In this document: positions 24,500 through 37,347 of the stretch, one piece after another
How the letters are laid out: each line of letters starts with the position of its first letter
How positions within the stretch are numbered: the first letter of the stretch is position 1
Origin: Rhina ancylostomus
Taxonomy: Eukaryota
Assembly (NCBI GenBank): GCA_030265395.1
Contig: JARFYF010000052.1
Location: forward strand, 44,849,967 to 44,912,813
DNA length: 62,847 bases
Direction of reading: 5' to 3'
Position numbers and translations under genes: made by a program
Notes under the pieces: generated by a model
Told to the model about the DNA's origin: nothing
Databases searched by the model: none
Seen by the model: only the letters and a program-made list of their open reading frames with translations

Positions 24500-24720
24500 T
24501 TTTGAGATGTGGGCATCATTGGCAAAACCTATTGCTATTTGCCCTTGAAGTGAGTGGTTTATTCAGCCTCTTCAGAGGGCATTTAAGAGTCAATCACATT
24601 GGTAGGTCTGGAGTCACATCTAGGCCTGACTGAGTAAGAATGGTAGATTTCCTCCCTTGAAGTGCATTTGTAGATCAGATGGAATTTTACAACAATCCAG
24701 CAGTATTGTCATATTAGCTT
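24500..24720 (-). mobile_element. Decayed SINE of a different family
   Basis: GATGTGGGCATCATTGGC..TTGCCCTTGAAG..TTCAGAGGGCATTTAAGAGTCAATCACATT; tail appears related to the LINE 3' end at 51130-51345. Family not named with certainty. Confidence 0.55.
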
Positions 24721-25252
24721 GTTTTTTTTTTGGGTGTCCTGTAGCAGCCAATTGTGAACTCCCTCTGTGCCTCCCTATCCCAATCCACCCCTTGATCCTG
24801 ATACTACCAGTTCAAACCATGACCACTTTCTTCCCATTCTCCTCTGGTTCTCCTTGAAACTCACAACCTACCAGAGTTCTTTGAATCTCTTACCTTGACA
24901 AGCAGAGGTAAGGGCTTTGGACACAGTAAATGTGCATTAAACTGCTCTATTGGGCTTCATATGGAATGGAAATTTGCAATGATGTGTCCGCACACAACAC
25001 ATGCATTCGCTCACCAATTACTATTTGTTTAACACATCTTTTTCAGCACAGAAAATCCTCTAAGCCAGTGTGCCTTCATTTTCATTAGTCTCTAATGCAG
25101 CAAAAATTTCTTTTTAAACAGAATCTGTCCTTCACAATTCCATTTTGTGAACACTTCGTTAGCAGGTATCTGTCTGGGTGGACACAAATTTTATTCCATA
25201 TCCTGTTGTCCTTACAGCTGCATAACTTCCACTGAAGTTTGTGACAGGATGT

Positions 25253-25620
25253 GGGTGGCACAGTGCTGCAACTAAAAGGGTCACTACATCACAGTGCCAG
25301 AGACCCAGGTTCTATCCTGACCTCAGGTGCTATCTGTGTGGAATTTGCATGTTCTCTCTGAGGCCATGTGGGTATCCTCCGGGTGCTCTAGGTTCTTCCC
25401 ACATCCCAAAGATGTGCAGGTTGGTAGGTTATCTGGACTCTAGAAATTGCCCTTAGAATGTAGATGAGTAGGAACATTTGGAGGGCAGTTGATGGGAATG
25501 TGGGAAGAATAAGATAGGTTAGTGTAGGAAAGGTGTAAGTCTGGGTGCTTGATGTCTGCATGGACTTGGTGAGCCTAAGGGCCTGTTTCTTTGCTGTGAC
25601 TCTCTACAGCTCTATGACTC
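25253..25620 (+). mobile_element. tRNA-derived SINE (HE1/V-SINE-like) with CR1-type tail
   Basis: GGTGGCACAGTG head, CCAGAGACCCAGGTTCTATCC, TGTGTGGAATTTGCATGTTCTC core, GGGCCTGTTTCTTTGCTGTGACTCT..CTATGACTC tail. Confidence 0.85.
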
Positions 25621-26859
25621 TTTTCACGTACATGGCAGGTTCCTCATATGTCCTGAATGACTTGGAAGGAGGCAAGGTTTACAAGCTTTATATGGCATTA
25701 ATCTCCACTTTAACTCCAAGTGCCATTGCTGATTTGGCTAATGAATGTAAATCATTTGGTAGTAATATGCACAATGGTGGCTTTTGGAAATATAGGACAA
25801 GTGACATAAGCTTGGTCAGGGAGCTGGGTTTTAATAAATGCCTTCAGGGAGGTGGAAGGTTGTGGAGATGTATGTTTCAGAGTTTTGGACCTTGGCAGCT
25901 GATGGTGCAGCCATCAATGTTAGTGGGTTTAAAATCAGGAAGCGTAAAAGGCCAAATGAAGGAGCACAAGAGTCTTAAAGCTCGATAGGGAGGAGGCAGG
26001 TGCCCCATTGGACCAAAGTAAGTTGCAGAGAGGCTAGGATATGTGGGAATTTAAATCAAAGTATAATAATTTGAAAATGAAGACATGTCTGAAGGAGCAC
26101 AGGTGATGCCTTAACAAGAGATTGTGCAAGGCAGCGGAGTTTTGAATTGGATCGTTACTGAGCTTGTGTTCAGAAGCTCAGCTCATGGTTAAAGTGAGCA
26201 CCAAGGCTGTGAGTGGTTTGGGTTAAACTCAGAGACTGGTGAGGGAGAGGGAAGTGGAAAGTTGAATCAGACCACCATCAATTCAAGTAAAAAGCTCACT
26301 GTAACTTTTTCAGGGATTCCAAGTATGGCCAGTGACATTATCAAATAAATCTTAACAAAATCAAAGATAAGTCCCTTTCTTGGGAGTGTTGGTCTATCCA
26401 ACAAAAGGCAAAAATTAGTATTGGCAATGTTACTTCAATGATTAATCTTGAGACGTCAGACTGTCTCTCCCATTTCAAGTAGATTAATGCCTGCACTAAA
26501 AGAGTGGAGTCAGGAATTTGATATGTGCGTGTTAGGTATTCTTTAAATAACATTGTCAACAGAAAGTTCCCTACTGTATTATATAGAATAGTAAAGACAA
26601 ATCAAGGTATGTTGTCAGACTCTCACAGTGTCACATCAATGTCATTGAATTATGTGAACTTGGAAGAGACACTAAACCCTGTGGGGTGAATTTTCCAGAC
26701 ATTTTCACAATCGCCTGCCTTAACTTCATCAGAAGCACCAAAGAAATCCAAAAACCATACAGATTATATTTTGCCATTTTTTCTAGATTTTTCCAGGTTT
26801 CTTCCAAGGTTTCAGTGGACAAGTGGGAGAACCCCTGGAGAAATTTATCCTGTATATAT

Positions 26860-26988
26860 TAGAAGGGTCCTGATCTGAAACGTTGACAACCTGCTTTCCT
26901 CCATGGATGCTGCCTGGCCTGCTGAGTTCCTCTAACATCATAATGTTTTTCATCTAGATTCCAGCATCTGCAGTCCTTTGTTTCTCTG
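26860..26988 (+). mobile_element. Penelope-type terminal repeat fragment retaining the 3' half of a hammerhead core
   Basis: AGAAGGGTCCTGATCTGAAACGTTGAC..GATGCTGCCTGGCCTGCTGAGTTCCTC..GATTCCAGCATCTGCAG. Confidence 0.75.
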
Positions 26989-29579
26989 GATCACTAACAG
27001 TGTTTAGTTTGGAGAAACCCATATAGAGTTGCTATTTCTTGGCTGATCCACAGTGATGGAGGGGGAAGAGGGGTGCTAACCAGTTAATAAAAAGAATTGA
27101 ACTCCATGCCCTGGAAATTACTTGGCCAAAACTTGCTGCAAGTGGTGATCTACCATGCTCACCATGATCCTAAATGATAAGACCTCCATAGTGCTGTGGT
27201 TGGTCACGGCAAATTCCCACCTCTAAGAAAGCTGTTAGCTAAGTGCACAGAGCAAATTCAGAACTTCTATGTTCCTAGTGGAGTCTTGAACTTGGTGGCA
27301 CTTATGCAGAGGTATATCAGCAATTTAACATGGAACTGCTAGCAGTTCCTGACAAATTTAGGTTTATTATCGAAGTTTCTTCTTAGTTTATAGACAAAGT
27401 AAACAAAAAGCGTGAAATATATTTTTTTAAATATATAAGAAAGCCTGAGCAGTGTGGTAAGTTAGAGTCTCTAGACTGGTGAAATATATATAAATTAGCA
27501 ATATATAATCAAAATGACACAAGAATATATCGTACAGGAAATAGAAATTTGCATTTGAGTGGTAATTTGTGTTGATCAAAGTAATAGCTAGTGCATACAG
27601 TTAGGACAACTTCACATCTGATCCATGTCCTTTGTGACATGAAAATATGTTAAGTTGATACAAAGGAACAATCCAGTTAAGGCTTTATTCAAGTCCTTTA
27701 TCAGCATTTCTCCTTTGAAGTACGTTCATTCATTTTACAATAACAGAGGTGCTGTGCAAGTGTCTGTGTAAGTTGGAGAAAAAAAATCTCATCTCCATGA
27801 AGGAAATGGGAAATATATTCTTCACATATTTGATATAAACATCTTTGAAGTTAAATTGCATTTAGTATTTGTGGAGTATCATACCAAGAATTAAAACACA
27901 ATGGGAACCATTGAAGTCATCCTGGAGTCTGTTTTCTTCATCACCACATTTGAGGTTTGCACGAACCTGTCAGACACTGCACATATGATTTCTGATTTCT
28001 TCACTGATGTGCCTCCTGTCTAGTACATCTCAATCACATACATGAGTCCGCCCCAATGCATTAGCAGAAGGAAAGTGATGGGCGCACTTTGGCTGTCTGC
28101 ATGACCCCCTGATAATCCTGTTTCACAGACAGGCTCCCTGCTGAACTGAGCACAAAATCAGCCACCATAGCTCCTTGGTTTTAGTCGATATTCTGACAGA
28201 CTTGATCTAGCAAATTAGTATACTTTGGTAGGGCATGATCAAAGCCATTTTTGACACTCTCAGGATCAATACAAAAGCAAACAGAAGCATATTCTCAATG
28301 TGTTAGTTCTCTGTGTCCTCTTCTGCCGACCCAGTTCTTTCCACATAGCCATGTTTCTGAAATGTTTAAAAGAAATGTGATTAAATATTAACAAATCTGC
28401 CAGGTTACTCATGCATGCAGTTGTTTTTTGCTGCTTATAAAAAAAGATTTTTTTTGCAGTGTGGAGTTTGTTTCTGCAGGGGTTATCAATATTAAATCTG
28501 CCTTGTGCAAAATACCTTGCTCAGAGTGGCAGTTTGTAATAAACCTGTTTATTTCAAGGTGTTCCTGGGCTTACAGTTGCCAGCAAAATGGATACAAGGC
28601 ACGATAGTTTATTTTCTGAATATTTTCAAGTGCATTGAACATTATGAAGTAGATTTTCCACATTAGCCTGCCTCCACCATAACCCCCACAACTAATCCCA
28701 CTCTCGCCATCTTCACCACTTCAGTCATTGTGGACCATGTCTCCCCTCATATCCTCTCCCCCAACTTCACACCCAGACACATACCCTAATTTCATCTCTG
28801 TCCAAGCTCAGGAGCACAGGGATGCTTGTCATGCATCATTAATGCTACCTGAGGGTAGGTTCACAACCTGGTATCGTCCAGAATGGGCAAGTGGGGAGAG
28901 TGATGGGTGGAGATTGGGTGTTGGAGGAATTGAAGTGTAGCTCAAGGTGTTTGCTGCTGCATTCTTGGCCATAAAGTTTCTGGCCAAAGCTGGACAACAG
29001 GGGATCCCTAGACAATAAGAGGAATTAAACATAAACACTTACTGACAAATATATTCAGGATGTTGCCCAAAATAAATGCTTTAAAAATTGAAAGTTTAAT
29101 TGAAAGTTTAAAATTGTGGTGACTATAAATTGTCTTAATACAATTGCAATGACAAGTCATTGCCAGGAACTATTTCTCCCTAACGGATATCACAAATGCA
29201 AAGAAACTGTGATTGCACACCACACCATTCCTTGATAGCCCATGCAAGTGGCAAATATTTTGATGTTTTTTTTCAATGAAGGTTTTACTCAGGGAACCAT
29301 AACTGATCACACCCAATACTCACATAATTCTTCCCATCACCCCAATCACCTCCCAGACAAAGCCATTTGGCTCCCAGCAATCCCATTCCCCCAGCCCCAA
29401 TTATTCTCTTGGACCTCTGGAGATACCCCCNNNNNNNNNNNNNNNNNNNNNNNNNNNNNNNNNNNNNNNNNNNNNNNNNNNNNNNNNNNNNNNNNNNNNN
29501 NNNNNNNNNNNNNNNNNNNNNNNNNNNNNNNNNNNNNNNNNNNNNNNNNNNNNAGAAGAAATAAATTATAAAAAAAGGG

Positions 29580-29845
29580 GGAAAATTGCATTTTTATTGC
29601 TCTCCAGATGTTCTGAAACATCTTCCAGTCAATGAAGCATTTTTGGAAAGCAGTCACATAGAAAAATATGGGAGTCAATTTGCACAAAGCCAAGTCCCTC
29701 CAATAGGAATACAATAATAGCCAGTTAATCTGTTTTATTGATGTTGATTGACCAGGACATTAGGAGAGTGCTCTGGGATCTTTTAAGTCCATGTGAAAGA
29801 ATGGACTGGAGCTCAGTTTAATGCCTTCTCTGGAAGATGCAAATC
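29580..29845 (-). mobile_element. Deu-domain SINE fragment
   Basis: CAATTTGCACAAAGC..CCAGTTAATCTGTTTT..GATGTTGATTGACCAGGACA..GGGATCTTTTAAGTCCA; parallels 16855-17427. Confidence 0.65.
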
Positions 29846-30788
29846 AGTATCATTTCCTGTTATATCTCATATCAGGACAGCATGACACGATCTTTGACAG
29901 GAACTATTTGCGTACTCCAGCCCCATTTTTACAGCCTTCGAAATTATCTAAAAGAAATCTGAGCATAACTGCACAGTATAAGCATTCAGTTTCACGGATG
30001 TCAGAGGAAGATCCTGAGACAGTTTAGAGAAACAACATTAAGTAATCAGTTGACCAGCACCACCTCCTACCCCCAAAAACTGAACCCAGATATATTTACC
30101 ATGTTACATGACATCCGGAATTTATGACACTATATAATTTTAGTCAGATCCATCAGGAAGGAAAAGAAAAAAAATTGGAGGAATAAATCCTAATATTTAA
30201 AGCACCCTGTGGAATGCAGTATACAATCTCATGCAATGATACAGAACAGAAACATCATAATGACAATCGAACTGCTGCCTGCATTCAGAATCATATGCCT
30301 GTGGTTTTTGTATCTTCAGAGCTATGTTCATTAACTTTAGTAAGGCATTTGACAAGGTCCCAAATGATAGGCTGGTCCAGAGGATTAAGGCACATGGGAT
30401 CCAAGATGACCTGGCAAAATGGATCCAAAATTAGTCAGTGGTATACCGTAGGGGTCAATGCTGGGACCATTGTTGTTTGTGGTATATACTATTGACTTGG
30501 ATGTGAATATTGGATGTGATAAGTAAGTTTGTGGATGATACAAAATTTGTTGGTGATGTGGAAGCTAGTCGAAGGCTATAGCAGAATATAGAATATGGAA
30601 AATTGGGCACANNNNNNNNNNCTGACAAGTGTGAGGTGATGCATTTTAGGAAGTCTAAAAGGTTAGAACATATACAGTAAACGGTAGGGCATTAAGGAAT
30701 GCTGATGAACAGAGAGACCTAGAGATTCAAGTCCATTGTTCCCTGAAAGTGGCAAATAGAGTGGTAAAGCAGGCATATAGCATTTTTA

Positions 30789-31337
30789 AATTGGTAAATT
30801 GTTTTATTATTCTCAAACATACCAATGTACACAGAAAAACTTTTGCATGCCAAGCATACAGATCATTTCATCACATCACATCACCTCATTGAGGTAATAC
30901 AAGGGAAAAACAATAACAGAATGCAGAATATAGTGTTACATTTACAGAGAAAGTACAGTGCAGGAAGACAATAAGGTCCAGGTATGAGGAGGACTGCGAG
31001 ATCAAGAGTCCATCTTATTATGATAGTGATATTGATATCGTGACACCTTAAGAGTGATAGATATGAAGGATAGAAAAATAGATGGTTATGTGGGAGGGAA
31101 GGGTTAGATAGACCTTAGAGCAGGATAAGATGCCGGAACAACATCGTGGGCCAAAGGGCCTGTACTGTGCTGTAATGTTCTATGTATGTTCTAAGAGGTC
31201 CATTCAATAGTCTTATAACAGCAGGAAAGAAGCTGTCCTTGAGCCTGGTGCTACGTGTTTTCAGGCTTCTGCCTAATGGGGGGGCCAGAGGGTAGGGAAG
31301 AAGAGAGAATGTCTAGTGTGGGAGGGGTCTTTGATTA
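30789..31337 (-). mobile_element. Rex1/Babar LINE 3' end nested in CR1
   Basis: Reverse-complement homology to 43790-44177 (AGAAGCTGTCCTTGAGCCTGGTG, GGGGTCTTTGATT). Confidence 0.8.
31040..31192 (+). mobile_element. Short CR1 3' tail nested inside the Rex1/Babar fragment
   Basis: TATGTGGGAGGGAAGGGTTAGATAGA..ACAACATCGTGGGCCAAAGGGCCTGTACTGTGCTGTAATGTTCTATG interrupts otherwise collinear Rex sequence. Confidence 0.8.
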
Positions 31338-31877
31338 CCTTCATACCTTTCGTATTTTAAGGTTTACCTTCATAGGTTGAAGAATAGAATATAAAAGCTG
31401 GGGTGTTATGTTGTAACTTTACAAAACCCAGTTAGGCTCCAAGTGCATTTCTGTTAGGCGCACCATAAGGAAGGATATGGTTGTGCTGGAGAGAACGCAA
31501 TGAAGATTCACCAGACATTGCCTGGATTGAAGGACTTCAAATACAGAGAGAGAGATTGGTTAGGCTGGGTTTGTTTTTCCTGGAGCGAAGGAGGTTGAGG
31601 AATGACTGATAGAGGTATATATCGGAGGTACTGTATATATAGAGGCAGAGATAGGATAGATAGAAACTTTTTTCCATGGTACGGATATCAAAAAATAAGG
31701 CATAAGGTTAAGGTAAGAGGAAAGTTTTAAAGGGCATCAGAAGGGAAAGTTTTTAATAAAGAACAGTTGATATCTGGAACTCACTGCCAGAGGAGGTGAT
31801 GGAATCAGATCTAATCATTACATTTGAGAGACATTTAGACAGGCACTTAAATAGGCAAGACCGTGAAGGATATGGAC

Positions 31878-32046
31878 TTCAAGGGATTCTGCAGATGCTG
31901 GAATCTGAAGGAACACACACAAGGGTTGAATGATCTTGACCCAAAAGTCCTGATGAAGGGTCTCAACCCAAAACGTCGACTGTTTATTTCCCTCCATAGA
32001 TGCCACCTGACCTGCTGAGTTCCTCCTGCATTTTGTGTGTGTTGCA
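31878..32046 (+). mobile_element. Penelope-type insertion with inverted terminal piece, 12-bp TSD and near-complete hammerhead motif
   Basis: TSD AAGGATATGGAC at 31866-31877 and 32047-32058; motif AGTC-CTGATGA-A-GGGTCTCAACCC-AAAAC-GTC-GACT at 31946-31981. Confidence 0.85.
31946..31981 (+). ncRNA. Minimal type-I hammerhead ribozyme motif, probably inactivated (G12->A)
   Basis: Stem I AGUC/GACU, core CUGAUGA, stem II GGGU/ACCC with 4-nt loop, AAAAC in place of GAAAC, loopless stem III and GUC cleavage triplet. Confidence 0.65.
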
Positions 32047-33034
32047 AAGGATATGGACCTAATGTGGGCAAATGGGATTAATGGAAATGGGCAAAAAGGT
32101 TGGCATGGACATCGTGGACTGACGGACCCTTTGCTGTGCTGATTACTCTCGAATTCTATGACTCTTTATGTTCAAGCCCACATTCATTTGTTGNNNNNNN
32201 NNNNNNNNNNNNNNNNNNNNNNNNNNNNNNNNNNNNNNNNNNNNNNNNNNNNNNNNNNNNNNNNNNNNNNNNNNNNNNNNNNNNNNNNNNNNNNNNNNNN
32301 NNNNNNNNNNNNNNNNNNNNNNNNNNNNNNNNNNNNNNNNNNNNNNNNNNNNNNNNNNNNNNNNNNNNNNNNNNNNNNNNNNNNNNNNNNNNNNNNNNNN
32401 NNNNNNNNNNNNNNNNNNNNNNNNNNNNNNNNNNNNNNNNNNNNNNNNNNNNNNNNNNNNNNNNNNNNNNNNNNNNNNNNNNNNNNNNNNNNNNNNCACA
32501 GCTGGGAAAGCCATAAACCAATACCCAGAGGCACACAGAGTAGCAAGTTTGCCAAGGGGCGCAGGTGGGAGATGGGTTGCAAATGGCCCCTTGGGCTACA
32601 TAATGTAAAAAAACGTTTTAAAGGCAGAACTAAATAAAGTGTTGCTGTGCTATTTGTAGACTTCTGTTGTATTTCCTGAAAATGGAGAAGTGTTGCTATA
32701 AAATGTTACGTTTTTTCTACTGACTACAGTTTGAGCTTTGCCTTGTGAATGTGGCATTGGAGGAGAATGAACTGGAGTAGCCAGCCGAAGTGAATGTGTG
32801 TGTGTGTAGTAGACTTCCCATTCAGTGAGCTCTTGTTTTCAACTGTACTGACCCATGGAAGGATAAAATGAAAGATTGTCATCATGTCAGAGTTACTTAA
32901 AAGGAAAGAAGATAGAATTTTTGATTTAACTATATTTTTCTTTCACACAGATGGTTAATGGTCTTGCAAACTGTGGATTGAAATGCACACATTCCTTATA
33001 ACATTAGTTGCCCATATGTAGGGTTATTGAAACT

Positions 33035-33268
33035 TATAAAAATATGAACAGGAGTATGCCATTTGATCCTTTGCTCCTGTTCTGTCATTCAACGTGATCA
33101 TGGCTGATCCTTTGTCTTGATACCACATTCCTGCTCTTTTCCATAACCCTTGATGCTTTTTGAGAAAGTTTTCTGTCTGCTTCTTAATTTATATTCAATG
33201 AAGTTATCTCCAGAGCCCTCTGCAGCAGCAAATTCCACAGGTTCCTCATCATCTGAGTGAAGGAATTT
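33035..33268 (-). mobile_element. CR1 3' tail
   Basis: AAATATGAACAGGAGTATGCCATTTGATCC..GATCATGGCTGATC..AAATTCCACAGGTTC. Confidence 0.7.
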
Positions 33269-33565
33269 CAAAATATTGAGTTTTGTTCCAATTTTCTTTC
33301 TCTCCTAATGTTTCCAAAATCTTTTACATGAAAGACTCTCCTTATTGATCTTGTATACCTTCAGATAGTGTTTTTTAAAACTGACTTTAGGAAAGGGCTC
33401 CAAATGAGTCTTTCGGATGGATATAATGCACAGCAGTAAAATGCATGAAAAAAGTGGATAACAATAATTAGGAGCAGTGTAGGCAAAGTTAATGGTAGCC
33501 CGTTATGTGGCTGTGTGGCTCTTTTTGAGAAAGGCAACTGTGAAAGGAAGTGCATCTTAACAGAC

Positions 33566-33630
33566 TGGTGAGTTCCTCCACAACTTTGTATTCTGTTCCA
33601 GATTCCAGCATCTGCTGTCTCTTGTGTCTC
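33566..33630 (+). mobile_element. Penelope-type terminal fragment
   Basis: TGAGTTCCTCCA..CCAGATTCCAGCATCTGCTGTCTCTTGTGTCTC, with CTGGTGAG at both ends. Confidence 0.65.
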
Positions 33631-34297
33631 TGGTGAGACTTGGTGATCTGTTTAGATGTTTTGTATGGAGGACAGTGAATAAAATGCTGAATTTATATAA
33701 GATATTGATTAGGTCATAATTTTGCCAGGGCATTATTCCATTTTGGCAAGGATTTTAAAAAATGGATAAGAAAGCCAGTGAAATCAGGAATAAGAAATTA
33801 AAATTTTGAAGAGGAACTTCTATATTTTTACTGCACTCTAGAAATGTAAAGGAGTTTATTAATCATGAAGCATTTCAAAGAAGTAAACCATTGACTGGTC
33901 ACTTGATAATAAGCTACCACACAGATTCAGGATAATCACTAGCAGAATAAAAGGAGAAGCTAACATAACATTTTCAAACAAGGTTGAATTCTTTACAACA
34001 AATGTCTATTGGGAAGGTTATAATCAATTATTTTTGTTTAAATAATGCTAAGTGATTGAAAAGCAAGAATAGAAAAGGATGCAGGAAAATTGATTTAGAA
34101 TAGTTAGATCGGTGGATAGTTGAAAAACTTGAACGGTGACATATGTAAAAGATTGAATGGTCTTTCTTTGTGTGTGTTGTAATGTTTATGATTCAATAAT
34201 TACAAATACCTTTGAGCAGTGGTGATATTTATTTTAAGATCTGTGGAGATAGATCTCCACAGGAAGTTTTCATCATATGGTTTTCTCATATTCCTTG

Positions 34298-34640
34298 TGA
34301 CATAGAAGGAAGCCATTTAGCCTCTCAAGTCTATATCAGCTCACAGAACAACTTTCTCATTCACTTCATTCACCATCTTATTTACCTGTAATTGATTCTT
34401 TCTCACACGTGCACTATCTGTCCTGATTTTCCCACCACCCAACTGCAATAAAGGTAATTTACAATGGCTACTTAACCTACCAGCTAGAGTATCTGTAGGA
34501 TGTGGGAGGAACCCAGAGCATCTAGGGTGAACTTGCACAGTCACAGGGAGAACATGCAAATTCCAAACAGAGAGCACTGGAGGTTGAAATCGAACCTGTT
34601 TGCTGGAGCTGGAAGGCAGCAGCATCAGCTTAGTTGCATA
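34298..34640 (-). mobile_element. tRNA-derived SINE (HE1/V-SINE-like)
   Basis: GGATGTGGGAGGAACCCAGAGCA..CAGTCACAGGGAGAACATGCAAATTCCA..ATCGAACC is the complement of the core and B-box. Confidence 0.8.
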
Positions 34641-34974
34641 TTGCATAACTTTGGAAATCACACAGAGAATAGGTCAGTATATTTAAAAAGGAACATGGCA
34701 GCAAAAAAATCAAAATAGAAAGGTGACGTAAAATAATGCTACACTGTCTGATTGTTAGTCCTGATAGCACTTGCAAGCAGCAATTTCGTTTGAGAGAACA
34801 TCTAAGTGATTTCCCAGAGTTTTGATGCCTAATGCCTGTGGTGATGGTATACCCCTGACATTTGACACCACCTTGTGAGCATATCCTTGCTAATGCGATC
34901 AAAATGAAGCCAGACAGTTTCAAAGCTCAATATATTGAATACAAAATAACAGCTGGCCATGGTATGAGTGTTTA

Positions 34975-35032
34975 TATGTGTGTGTCTCTGTGAATGAGTG
35001 AGTGAATGAATGAGTGAGTGAGTGAGTGTGTG
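34975..35032. repeat. Compound microsatellite (GT)n/(GAGT,GAAT)n
   Basis: Directly visible. Confidence 0.9.
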
Positions 35033-37347
35033 TATACTTACAACTGACTTCATTTAAGAACATGAAAGCACTAGTCTTGCTCATGCATGGATACACATCT
35101 GACCATTTATGCTCTCACACATAAACTATTTACATTGAATATCTATGATTTCTTCTTATAACGAACCAATATATTGTCATTAAATATCCAAAGTTTTGTG
35201 GATTTATTTAGTGTCATTTAAAACTTAAAGCACAAAGATAAATGTTGATATATGCTTGAGTAATTATCAACAATGTTACAGTAATGTTTAATGACATTAG
35301 TGACCTCATGTATGTATTTGAGATGGAGGTGATAAACATTCATTCCTGTTTGACTGAAAGCTATAATTATGATTATTCAGTAACTATAACCTAACTGTAA
35401 TTTTATAGTGAAAAAGCAACATTCTTGGCATACTGATTCAACAACACAATGTAACAATGTTACAGAATATTAAAAATATAATTATGATTTTCTTGACATG
35501 GTAATAAGGATTCCCTGCTAAATTACCCAGCTCATTTATGTGACTGGGTCTTTAATACATTCAGATAACAAAGAAATATAGCTCCAAGTATGGGATAACT
35601 AGAAACAAAGAGATTAATTGCTCTGCTTTAGTTTTGTCTCGATTTTGAGATCAGCAATGTAACAGTCAAAAATATGGAGCTGTAATGTCACCATATGATT
35701 AACAGTGGAAGAACATGCATACAAACCTTATCAAGGAGTCTAATTCAAGGGTATTTCTTTCATTTTCATCCTTATACGAATTACCATGATAATCATGTAT
35801 CTGCATATCTGTATGGTGTCACACTGTTACCTACTTTTTGAACAGAGATATACGTTTGCTTTATTGATCTGGCAAATTGATATATGGTCACCTTTGTGGC
35901 TATGAGTGTGTGAACTCAGATGGGTGGGACGCCGAGCACCTTATTTGGAACCTGACTTTCCTGTCATCCTTCAATATGTCCTTCACTTTTGTTAAAGACC
36001 TCAGAGAGATATACTGCTATTGAAAAACTTAATAGTAGAATTAAGGTTTGGTGCAGTGGTGGGCTATGGTTTGCAGAAGTTGGTTGAAGTTATTTGTAGG
36101 TGAAGTAAAAGGCAAAGTAGAACAACTGACAGAAATACTGGCAGAAAACACATGGGAAGAAAATTGTCTGGGGTCGATTTTGGATCAGTGCTCCACAGAT
36201 GGCAGAGTAGACAATCAAGAGGTCTAAATCTGGTCTTTAAAACAGACCAGGCTTCAATGGTATTTTACATGCAGTTAGAGGCAGCTAGCGTATTGATGTG
36301 TTCACATGTGCAGTCACCTTACCGACAGAGAACTGAAGGTATCACCTGGAAGAGGGGTAGAGGCACAAATTATTACCTTACCTGTTTGGGTCTTCTTACT
36401 GAGCTATGTGATTCAAGGTCTTAATTGCCTTTTTGCTAATTGCCATTAGAAGTTAAAGTATTGAATTTCCATTAATCATCATTATGATTTCTGTAGAAGT
36501 TCACGGAAAACCTGCAACAAAAGTGTAAATGTTTACCTCCATCTCTACATTCATAATCCTGAAGCGTTTTTCACTAAATAGGCCTGAAGTTTCCATTACA
36601 GATATCCCAGGGACATCCACAGATGATCAGCTACAGTCATTTACTCATTTCCTCCAGGGTTTCCTCTAAAACTTCTGCTGACCATGTTGGGAATTCCACT
36701 GAGATTCTACCTCTCACTGTTCATCAAGGTAATTGCAGGGCATTTTAATTGCCATGGGGTCATAAAATGGCAATAGTGGCTCAGCCACTGGTCAATCATC
36801 CTGGCTGATTTTCCTGTAATGCAGATCAGGTAGGGTGCGTAATGTGCCATTGATCGGCAGTAATCCATTCAATGGCCCTTTCATTGTTGAGTGTTAACAC
36901 CACCCCTCCACAGTTCTTTGTCATTGACAATTCTGCCATGTTTTCCTTTCAAGTGAATGAAAAACTGTAGAAGTGAAAGATCTTAAGGCAGATACTTGAG
37001 GTGAAAACTAGAATAAGAACTGCAGGAAAGGTCACCTTATTTTAAACTCTGCTGCAAAGTGTTTCAAAGGCTCACGGTTCTATTTGAGATCAGTGCTCTG
37101 CTTTAAATCTCAGCCAAAGCCATGGCATAGATGCTGCAACTGTCTTTAAGTACCAAATTTGGAAATATAAAATCAGCAATTTTTGCTAACGTTCTTGGTG
37201 TTGATTTAAAGCCTCTGGTTTGAGTAGTTTCAAATTGGTTCCAAACAAGACAGATCTTGTCTGAAAAGTCAATAATAAATAATCTTCAGATGGTTCTGGT
37301 GAAACATCATTGACCTGAATGCATTCAATTTGTTCCCTCTCCACAAT

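Larger units (their letters stand above)
30338..32165 (+). mobile_element. 5'-truncated CR1 LINE (RT to 3' tail) hosting nested insertions
   Basis: AAGGCATTTGACAAGGTCCCA = KAFDKVP; AGTAAGTTTGTGGATGATACAAAA = SKFVDDTK; ends TTCTATGACTCT. Confidence 0.9.

Noticed and set aside
32100-32637. Cluster of long ORFs, and similar ORFs at other gaps
   Set aside because: Their length comes from translating N runs as X.
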